A model generated the notes under the pieces. It saw only the letters and a program-made list of their open reading frames with translations, did not search any database and was not told the DNA's origin. DNA of 64,000 nucleotides from positions 45,074,001 through 45,138,000 of the forward strand of contig JAGIQG010000014.1 of assembly GCA_024679065.1 (NCBI GenBank), written 5' to 3'. The stretch comes from Sphyrna mokarran. Its lineage: Eukaryota. Position numbers and translations under genes: made by a program. This document shows positions 53,451 through 64,000 of the stretch, one piece after another. The first letter of the stretch is position 1; each line of letters starts with the position of its first letter.

Positions 53451-54989
53451 TAAATGAATAAATTATTCAGCTTGTTACTGGAAATGGGTGAGAGGGTGGT
53501 CGCGCTGGTTATCTGGTGTCGGTAAGATCATGAGAAGTGAGAAATGACCCTCCCATCCAGAAGCAATTGTGGCACAAATGGCCAGTTTGTAGCCTGTGCC
53601 TGCTGCCTTTGACAGTTCACCATTCTGAGGCGATGTACAGAGCATGAATTTGCTTGGGCAGGATTCTATCTGAGTTCCCACTTGCTGTTATTCCACAGTG
53701 ATTTTATGCTGGGGCAGGCAAGGCCTCAGATTGGAATCTTATCTTTATCCCAGTTAAGGCCCTAAGTGCCCAATTAATGATCACTTCAAGTCTGTTTCTT
53801 GCCTAGCCTCAATTTTTAGGTTGGCAGGCAAATACAGTTTAAGGGGAGAAACTGAAAATAAGCAATGTTAGATCTTGGACAAGAAGGGGGCTGGATGACT
53901 GCCTCTATCTGACTGGAAGCCCCCCCCTCTTAAAACTGCTGAGCCAGTGACCTCTGCACAGCAACACCACCCCCTCTCCAACTTCCCCAATTCCCCAGCT
54001 CTCAACCTATTCGCCGACCTTTATTTTTGGAGGGAGGGTCATAAAATCATTGACGTAGATTGATTCTGGGATTTGGTGCAGTTGGGGCACCAGATTCTTC
54101 TGCTTCCATCTTGGAATCCGTATCCTTATTATCTGAAGGGGCAGCTGTCGAGTCAACTTTAAGTGGTAGCCTGACACTGGCAGCAGCCGTCTCCATGGCT
54201 AATAACAAGGCCTATACTAGCGCAGATTCCTTAATTCTATGTGCTTCCTCACAACTTTGCTCTGCACTTTTACATTATAAGACATTATAATGCTCATATT
54301 CTCTGTTATGATCCCAGTTACTTAACCGAGACTATTTCTGAAGTTCCCCATGTGAACCAGATCGCCGATTTTGAACTTTTCGTTCCGTCCTTGCAGAATT
54401 ATGATTATTATTCTGGTTCTCCTGATGCCCATTCAGAAATACCTGAGCCCTCAGAAGGTTTACCAGATTTTATAGGGGGTTTTCATTAGCCATGTTCACA
54501 TTTCTCTGGGTAAGAGTGGTTAAAATAACTCCCTGAATTTAAAAAATAAAATCTGGAGAGAATTATAGTGAATGCTACCTTCAGCCTTTCATTTTCAATA
54601 CTATAATATTGTCATTAGTCATGCCCCAGATCCTTTGCCTTTGAATTCTTCATCTCTTTTCAAAATTTTACAGTCGGAATATTCAGTTCTCAGCACTTCC
54701 CTTACTGGAGCCAAATTTCTGCCAAAACTATGGCATTATGCCTCGTCTTAGTTGGTTTCACTGTTATCCAATTTTATTCCTAATGCTTCAGGCATGCATC
54801 CATGGACACTTCAGTCCTATCTCATATTATTCCTTATTACTTTTATCCCATCTAGTTTTGTCTGTTTTTCTACTTTTATCTTTGCATCTCTACTTAATGT
54901 CTTTCCATCTGCCCTCAGGTAAGTCTTACTTATTATGGAAGTTTATAATCAGAAAGTTTCTAATTTCACTGTAACTCCTTTTGTTTTAA

Positions 54990-55211
<222 letters not shown>

Positions 55212-55224
55212 TGATACAATAATA

Positions 55225-56345
55225 GCTCAATCACCTCTTCTAACAGTTGTCCAGCAGGATGGAACACTCCTGGTTTTGTTCTCATTTGTCTATTCATAAT
55301 ATACGAGTCACTTGCAATGGCTTTTCTTCCCACTCTCTGACTCTTGCTTCTGGTGTCTCCCAAGGATCTATCCTTAGCTGACTCCTATTTCCTATATTTA
55401 TGCCTCTCATCAATACCATCTGAAATCACCATTTCAATTTTACCACTTGTGACATGCAGCTCCAACTTACTACCAGCTCTCTGAACCCATCAATTATCCC
55501 TAAATTGTCAGCACCCAGTAATGGATGAGCAAAAGTATCGCCCAATTAAATATTGGGAAGATTAAAGCCATTCATTCCTGCATAAGTGCCATTCCCTGAC
55601 CAACAGCTTCATCCCTCTTTCTGGCAACTGTGAGGGAAAGAGGGGCAAGATGGGGCGGGAGAGGTTGCGGATGTTCGGCAATGTGGGATGCTGTTTCAGA
55701 TGGTTGGTGCAGACCTGATGGGCCAAATGGCCCCCTTCTCCACTGTGGGGATTCTATGATCACATATTGATGTTTTTATTGAGACCGCTTATATCCGTCT
55801 TTATATCATTGTTTGATTCTGCCCCTACATTGGCTGATCTGCTGCTTAAATTCTTTGCTACCTCTAGACAGTACTATTCTAACCAGAGGCTTGGGTGGCC
55901 TATGCTCTATCCTCCATTATTAGAAACTAGCCAAAAATCTCTCATCAGTCCTGTTCTCTCATCACACTTATGTTGCCTGTTAAGCATCACCTTGATTTTA
56001 AAATTCTTATTCCTGTTTTCAAATCTCTTCTTGGCTCTCGATCCTGTACCTATTTCTGTATTCTCCTCTAGCCCAATGATAGTTCAAAATATTTGCATTC
56101 TTGCAATTCTGGTCTCTTATAATTATTATATCATTGATAGCTATGCTTTCAGCTGCTACAGCATGATGCTGTGTAATTCCCTCCCTAAAGCCTCTTTTCT
56201 TCTCTTTCTTTCCTTAAGCTTTTCCTAAAAACATACCACTTGGACCAAACTTCTGATTATCTGATCTTGTATCCTCTTTTGTGTCTTGTTATCAAATTTT
56301 GTTTGATTATGTTTCTGTGAAGCCCTTTGGGATGTTTTACCATGA
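55225..56345 (+). mobile_element. Decayed L2 LINE with an inserted V-SINE tail (~55640-55760)
   Basis: cttctggtgtctcccaaggatctatcctt (SGV.QGSIL), taaatattgggaag, and an L2-type 3' end tgtgaagc.ctttgggatgttttac. Confidence 0.72.
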
Positions 56346-59094
56346 ATGTTTCCAAGTTTTTAACTTGAATACTTAGTCAATAGATAAACTTTTTGGTAAA
56401 AGTTACACTGCAATTCAGCCTTTGGGTTATGAATCTGTTTTCTTGGCTAAAATTACACAGATACTTTAAAACAAAATATACCTATAAATTGGTGCTGATG
56501 TTATAAAGTTTAATCAACTGAAATGTTGTAACCATGCTTAGTATGTTAAATCATTCTTTCTTGCCAAATCACTAAGAAATAGGTCACAAAGTAAATGTTG
56601 GTGCAAAGAGACTGAATAGATATGTATAAATGTAATCAGAGTTATCTAGAAGTTAAGCAGCAAATTATTAATGGACAGTTAGCACTATTATTGGACAATA
56701 TTACTATACAAGATCATTTTAGCAATGGGATTCTTAATTTTATTGGTTAGAAATAATTGCATTGCAAATGGATGGAATTGAAGGATATGAATGGGACACA
56801 ATTATCTGTAGTTGGAACCTGTTTAAACAAAACGTATTAGTATTTGTTTAAGCTTCATGGACTAATGTTGTAAATAGTATTAAGTTTACAGATGAGCACT
56901 TGGGACGTATCACTGCTCTAGCACAACTGGGCCCCATGGATTCATCAATGTCACCCTCAGCACACTTGCACATTGACCATCCACACTTACCTCACCGGTT
57001 TCAATTTAAGTCTGCTCTTTTGAGCAATTAAGTGGAAAGCCATCATTGGGTTCCAACTGCTATGTTACCCAGAGAAAGACTGGCTTTGAACCAATTTTGT
57101 CAAGTTTTTCAGTGTATTTTAAACGTTGAATACCATTTCTGACATTATTAGGAAAATTGCTTTCCAGCACTTTCTTTACTATTTCCTCCTAACATTGTGT
57201 TTTTGTACAGTCTGAAAAAGCTGACTTCTATCCTAATCCCCTTGGAATTCAAGCTGTAAGTGAAGCAAGACTTCACTTTGCCACAAAGAATTGAAGAAAG
57301 TTGCATGAAGTATTTACTGTCTAAACTTTCAGGGGAGCTTAAAAATATATCAAGGCATTTAAGTGAAGAGTTCCATTGTGATAGCAAATCAAATTAAAAT
57401 TAGTGATGAGGATTGGATTTCAAGTAAAATATTTCATGGCCAGCACGGCACAAGATGAAAGAAGACATGCTTGGACAATTACTGTGGACTACCTACACCT
57501 GCAATATATCTTCAATCAAATCCACAAGTAGTGACACAATTATATGACAATTGTGCTGCTGGCTTTAGTTAACCCAGAGTCAGTTGTAGATTTATGCCAT
57601 ATATGTAGCAGGCTACTTCCACTGCTGGTCAAATGCACCTTCTCCCTCAGCTTTTACTTTCTTCCAGGCCAATACAGACAGCATCTGCAGTATTAGTCAA
57701 TATGCTGTCCATATATGTTCCAAACTAGTGACTGATGCACAGATCAGTCTGACCAGTGTTTTCATTTCATTTCATTTCCCACTGAACTGAAGTTGCAATA
57801 TCACAAATGGCCAGTATCTATATCACAGCAGATGAAATACTGATGATAACTGCATAGACAATCCATATTTAACCCAAAAGTGATGATGAAGTTAGATGGT
57901 GCTATTTAATTGCTGAACATTTGGATGTGTTGGAATATGGACATAACTGATGATCACCAAAAAGGTTGCAAACTTGTTTGAGGGCTTGCATGGATCAGTA
58001 GTAAATGTGGACCAATTTGGTAAGTAATACATATATATATTTGAAACATTTTCATAGTTGAATAGACTTATTCAAGGCAGCTTACGTCTTCATCTATATC
58101 AATTCCCAAGTCTTGCAGACATTGTTCACATTTTTTTTGTAATCTATCCTGTATTTCTGCCATGTATCTTGAAGTAGCTTACTTCAACAGGAAACCCTTT
58201 ATGCACCCTCACTTTGAAGCAGCAGCTTAATTTTTTTTGAACTATTGTATTACACCCAGGAACTGTTCAGTTTCACCAGTTGCTCACAAGTTCTACTTCT
58301 AACTTCCACTGTTGTTTCCTCTTCCAAAGGCTTTATTTTCCCCAAGCAACTTGTAGAAATGCTGAAGGATACTGGCAGCATTTTGAATTGCTAATATTCA
58401 TTTTTACTCCTTATGTGACCAATTACTTTAAAATGCTCATAGTCTTTGAATTTTGACTGTAGTTCTTAATAAAGGCTAATGGCTGCAGGATTTCTTACCC
58501 AACTCCCAGCTCATGTAGTAAGATTACATCACAATGTTCAATGAATCTTTACATTGCATTACTACAATATTCTCAACGAACAATTGAAAATCATGTGAGC
58601 TCAATCCAGCCAAGAAAACATAATGGTCAAAGTTCAAGAACTTCTGCCACTTTAGTGCCTCAACTTTAAGGTCAGTTCTCAGGTGTGAACGTGACCACCT
58701 GTGATGATGCTTATAGCAATAGCCATCATTAAAACTCACGCTTCTCCACTTAAATGAACTACTGGAAAATATCTCAGTTACTGCCCCCACCCTTTCAAAG
58801 CTGCTGCCATCAACTGTCCTCAATAAAAAATATTGGTTGACCCATTTGACCTTGCAAACGATCTCCCTATCTCTCATCTGCCTCTTCTTCTCAAGTCCTT
58901 GAACACATTCTAATGTATCAAATCCCATGCCATCTTTCCTGCAACTCCTGAATTAAATCTCATCAATCAGGTTTCTGCTTCAATTATAGCATTGAAACAA
59001 CCTGAATCAATACCCAATGCATTTTCTTTTCTTCACCCTTCTTGATTGGTCTGCAGCTTTTGCATAATGGAACACATCATCCTTCTCAAATTAG

Positions 59095-59437
59095 AACCAT
59101 AGAATCCCAATAGTACAATCGGAGGTCATTTGGCTCATCAAGTCTGCACTAGTTCTCATAAAGAACTTCTTACGAGGCCCAATTCCCTGCACCCTGCTCT
59201 ATCCCCATTACCCCATACATTTATCGTAGCTAATCCTCTTAATTTATACTAAGGTGTCCTAATGGCATGGCCTATCCACCTAACCTGCACACCTTAAACA
59301 ATGGGAAGAAACTGGAGCACACAGACGAAACCCATGCAGACAAGGGGAGAACATGCATACTCCACCCAACGCCAGAATCAAACCCTGGTATCCAGCACTG
59401 TAAGGTATCTGTGCTAACCATTTTGCCATCATGTCCC
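59095..59437 (-). mobile_element. HE1-like V-SINE
   Basis: Reverse tail, ccacctaacctgcaca, gaaactggagcac..gaaacccatgcagac. Confidence 0.75.
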
Positions 59438-59901
59438 CATTATTCATTTCAGTGGTCTCAGTTTGGTACTGTGTCTGTTATTAGAAAAGAGGGGTGAGGA
59501 GGAATTCCTTCTTTCAGAGGATCCACAGACAGCAATTAAAGCTGGGCGTCATTGAATCTATCCCAAACACAGATAGTTTTTTATTAACTAGGGAGCCAAG
59601 GGTTCTGGAGAATTGGCAAGAAAGTGAAACTAAGGCTACAATCAGATCAGCCATGATGTTTTAAATGGTGGATCAGGCTCAATGGGCTGAATGGCCTCTT
59701 CCTGTTTCCATTTCTTATTTCTTCCATTATGTTCTGTCAAACATGATTTCCCTTTCTCAAAGCTGCGTTAACTCTGCCTAATTGTATTATTTTTCTTTAA
59801 CTGCCCTGGTTAGTTCCAAAAGTATTGCTCCAAGAAGCATAGAAAATAGGAGTAAGAGTCAGCTATTTGGCCTTTTGCGCCTGTTCCGCCATTCAATGTG
59901 A

Positions 59902-61010
59902 TCATGGCTGAGATGTGCAGGTTAGGTGGATTGGCCATGCAAAATATGTGAAGTTACAGGAATAGAGCAGGGGAGAAGGCCTGGGAAAGATAGTGGGGGC
60001 GATTCTCCAATCCCGCTATGCTGCTTTTTCAGTGCAGCAGGCTGTGAGACTCCAGCAGAGGCTGTTTCACAGGCTCCCTGCTGGGCGCCTGGGCCTGCGC
60101 ACGTCTCCCAGTGCTGGGTTTCCAGTACTGTTGGCTCCGCACCAGAAATCAACACGAAAGTACATAATGTATGCAATGCGTAACTTAAATATAATTTCAA
60201 TGCAAGTAACGCATTGCATTGCATTGCATTGCATTGCATTCACTCCAGGCCCGGGAGTGAAAGCTCAGGGACTGCTAGCCTCTGCCCCCGCACCCTCCCC
60301 TCCTGCCCCGCCACCCCGCCCCCGCCCCCACTCTTCCACGAGAGTATTTCACCGGTTTACCGTAACTTGCCTGATAGCTGGTGGCCTGATACCACTGGAG
60401 TGAAGGGGCGGGCAATTAAGGCTTCTTAAAGGGATGGATGCTGAGGTGATGTCCCCTGGGCATTGGTACCCTTGACAGTGCCAGTCTGGGGCAAATTGTC
60501 AATGCCCAGGGAGCACATTAGTACTGCCACTAGGCATAGGGCAGTGCCAAGGAGGCGGGGCCTGATGGGGCAGGGCCTGATGGGGGTGGGGTCACTAGGA
60601 GGATGAAGGGTGGGGGTGGAGGTGTGAGGTCCCACTGCCATTCTGCAGCCGAGATCAGTGGGGGAGGGAGGGAAGGAGGCCTGTGATTGGGACTGACCAT
60701 TTGGGTTTGAGGGGGAGTTCGGGACCGCAAATGAGTGGAGGGCCATATTGCGGAGTGTTTGGGGGTTGAAATTGCCAAGGTCGGGGGGGAGGCCATGGCT
60801 GGTGTGGGAAATCACGATTGGGCTGTTGAGTGGATGTACAGTCAGTGTTGTGGAATTGCAGGGTTGGCCAGCAATTGGAAAGCCAGTGGACAGGGACCAC
60901 ATGTGCCGATCGCCTCCACTATCTTTCCCAGGCCTTCCTCCCTGTGCTATCCCTGTAACTTCATACATTTCGCAAGGCCAATCTACCTAATATGCACATC
61001 TCAGCTATGA
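59902..61010. repeat. ~100-bp inverted repeat (59902-60004 / 60908-61010) enclosing a GC-rich insert
   Basis: Arms are V-SINE 3'-half sequence; ORFs 59926(+) and 60426(-) share EVTGI.QG.RPGKDSGGD. Confidence 0.8.
60211..60240. repeat. (GCATT)6 microsatellite
   Basis: Six perfect pentamers. Confidence 0.95.
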
Positions 61011-61304
61011 CAGGTCAATGCACGTGCAGTGGCCCACTCAGCATTATGCTGTCGGCCTCTCCAGCAGGAATAGGCCCCGCTCACAGATTTTTAACATAAT
61101 TCATGCCCATGTACTCAGCAATGCACAGAGTACGGGTGATTCTCTTTTATACTTCCCTGTGAAAAAAAAATGTGATTTACTCCAGTTTTTACACAAATTT
61201 GACTCTTAGAATTTTTTTGGAAGATTGACCCACAGTCTATCAGAGAGTCAGTGCAGACTCGATGGGCCAAATGACCTCACTGCACAGTAGGGATTCTATA
61301 GTTA

Positions 61305-64000
61305 ATCCTTTCTCTAAATGCCAGACTCCCATGCTCTCCCCATACCTCCAGTAATCTATCTATTTCCTTTTCAAATATATTCAGTGACTTGGCCTCCTCA
61401 GCCTCTGTGGTAGAGAATTGCACATGTTTATCACTCTGAGTGAAGAAGTTTTTCCTCAGTTCCAAATGACCTATCCCGCATCCTGAATCTATGTTCCTGT
61501 GATCTAGACCCCCAGCGAGAGGAAACATCCAGTTTTTCCACCCTGTTAGAGTTTCTCAGGTATCATCGGGATCCCCTCCCATTCTTCTGAACTCCAGTGA
61601 AGCCAAACTCAAGTGATTCAACCTCTCCTCATTCGACAATCCTGTCATCCCAGGAATCAATCTGGTGAAATTTTGCTGCACTCCATCTATGGTAAGTATA
61701 TTACCATAGATTGACCCACAGTCAATGTCTATCTCCCTTAGATAGGGAGACCAAATCTGCACATAATACTCCAGGTGTTTTTTCACCAAGACCCTGTATA
61801 GCTGCAGTAAGACATCCTTGCTCTTGTATTCAAGCCCTCTTACAATAAAGGCAGCATATCATTTGTCAACTTAACTGTTTGCTGCACCTGTCTGCTTGCT
61901 TTCCAATTTCCCAATCTTTCACCTTTTAAATAACACTTTGCCGTTCTGTTTCTTCTTCTGAGGTGGTTAACTTTACATTTATCCACATTATACTGCATCT
62001 ACTATGTATTTGCCCAATAGGGTTTTGCCTATTACTAATATTAGGTTAACCGGTCTGTATTTCTCTGTTTTCTCCCTATTTTTTAAAATATTGTCAATTC
62101 TCCAGTTTGCTGTGTCTGTTCCAGAATCTATAGAATTTTGAAAGACAATAACCAATGCATCCAATATTTCCATGGCCACCTTCTCCAGTAGCCTGGGATG
62201 TAGATTATCAGACCCTGGGGTTTTATTGACTTTCATTCCCACTAATTTTCTCAGCACTCTTTTTTAGTAATGCTAATTTCCTTCAATTCTTCCTTCCCAA
62301 TAGATTCTTATAGTGGAATTTTCCAATCTTGCCTGCCACAGGAATCATAACAGGTGGGACTTGGACCATGCAAAGGTCCATTGACCGTGGGCAAATTTTC
62401 TGATCTTTCTCTGTGAAGACAGAACCATAGTAGTTGTTTCATTGCTCTGTTGTTCCTTGTTCTCCACTGTAAGCTCTCCTGTTTTCAACTGTAAAGGACC
62501 TAAGTTTGTCTTAACTAATCTTTTTCTCTTTTGATATACTTATAGAAATATTTAGGCTGGAATTTTACCACCTCACCTGTCCCAGAATTAGGATGGGCGA
62601 GGCTCACAGAATTGAAATCTCCATTGACTTGTATAGGATTTTACGATCTCACCCGAGCGAGGTTGTGAAATCATGCCCTTAGACTCTTTTATGTTACTAG
62701 TTGGTTTACTCTTTTCCTCTCTCCATCAATCTCTTGGTGCTCCTTTGCTGAATTCTGAACTTCCAATCCTCAGGTTTGCTACTTCTTTTAGCAACTTTAT
62801 ACAACTCCTCTTTAGATCTAATAATATTCTTAGTTTTTTTTTTGTTAACCATAATTGGGCTACTTTTCTAGTGCTTTTGTACCAAAAAAGAATGTATAAC
62901 TATTATGATACATAAATACATTCTTTAAATATTAGCTATTGCCTGACCAATTTCCTCAATCTATCATATTCAACTCATACCTATGTTCAGATTTAGAATC
63001 CTAGTTTTAGATAGGAGTTCTTCACTTTCCAACCTAATGACGAATTCTACAATGATATGATGTTTCCTAAAGGATCCTGCCCAACAAGAATATTAATTAA
63101 GAAACTGTCCTTAACATGCTATGAACTGATCCTCAAGCCCAACTTTGCCAATTTGATTTATCTAATCTCTGTGAAGATTAAAATCTTCAACTATTGTTAC
63201 AATATCTTTCTTATAAGCCCCATTAGATTCTGTTCTAGAATGTAACTACTGTCAGGAGGCATATAAACCATTTTCACCAGTGAATTATTTCCTTTGCTCT
63301 TTCTTGTCTCCACCCAAATGGATTCTACATTTTGATCTGTAAAACAATGGTAATTTCTCACTCCAGTATTGAGCTCATCCTTAATTACTAAAGTCATTCA
63401 CCTCCTTTTCCATTCATACTATCCTTCTGAAATGTCAAATACCTTTGAATATATCTCTGTAATGGCTATCATGCTAATTTGTTTCCTCTTTTTGCCATCA
63501 ATTCATCCATTTCTTGTTAAAGCTGCATATATTCAGATAAAGAGTCTTTTTACCAGTTTTCCCTACTCTAATTTTATTTGCTGGTGCAGTCTTGTTTTTG
63601 TAGCTCTGTCCCCTCCTGTCACATCCTGATCATCAGTACCCACATTTCTACCCCAGGTTATTGTCTTTTTATATACTTTTCCAAGCCTCTTCTCATGTGA
63701 ATCCTTCCCCTCCCTCCCACCATTTATTTTGACGTCCTTTCTATAGTCCTAGTTATACAATTCACCAATACTTTAGTCCCAGTGTGGTTCAGGTGAAGAC
63801 TTTCCAATGATACACCTCCCTCTTAGTATGGGTGTCAGTGCCCATAAATCAAGCCCCAATTCTTTCTCTCAATCTTTGAATCACACATTCAACTCTAATT
63901 TACCTCATGCCAGTTTGCACAGGGCTCAGTTCCACTTTTTAATGTAGTGTCCAGTTGCTCAACAGAACCTCTTTCTTAGTCCTACCTACCTATGTTATTG
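61305..64000 (-). mobile_element. Long decayed CR1 (3' end to endonuclease domain) with MITE insertions; distal tail at 59836-59910
   Basis: HLEYYVQIWSPYLR, NKTPGSDNLHPRLL..W..N..EKYRPV and ESIWVETR..KG...VYMPP motifs on the minus strand. Confidence 0.85.

Noticed and set aside
59922-61010. Cluster of 80-180-aa Pro-rich ORFs and a CpG-island-like composition
   Set aside because: GC-rich repeat interior nested in SINE/LINE sequence, with no splice or protein-family support.

Overview
This is eukaryotic (vertebrate) genomic DNA, most likely from a shark or ray. That assignment is an inference from the repeat content: HE1/V-SINE-like, SacSINE1/DeuSINE-like, LF-SINE-like, CR1, L2 and Penelope elements. 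The whole window lies inside one + strand multi-exon gene, a PSD/EFA6 ARF6 guanine-nucleotide exchange factor, best matching PSD2. Six phase-compatible GT-AG coding exons (6230-6727, 25615-25809, 29326-29406, 33920-34032, 37084-37142, 55110-55199) encode part of the N-terminal region and most of the Sec7 domain; the start and the PH/C-terminal exons lie outside the window. The rest is intron filled with decayed transposons, and nearly all ORFs in the supplied track are TE fragments or noise. There are no prokaryote-type systems (no CRISPR, operons, or rRNA/tRNA genes). The main hidden signals are: (1) a 3-nt GTG microexon at 45723-45725 with neural-microexon splicing architecture, which would add one Val in the Sec7 domain; (2) a near-perfect ~670-bp Penelope-derived fold-back carrying a minimal hammerhead ribozyme, plus two shorter relatives with the same insertion architecture; (3) a multi-copy CR1/V-SINE chimeric retroelement; (4) inverted repeat pairs around symmetric exons that could drive back-splicing. 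Repeat boundaries are approximate and were read by eye.
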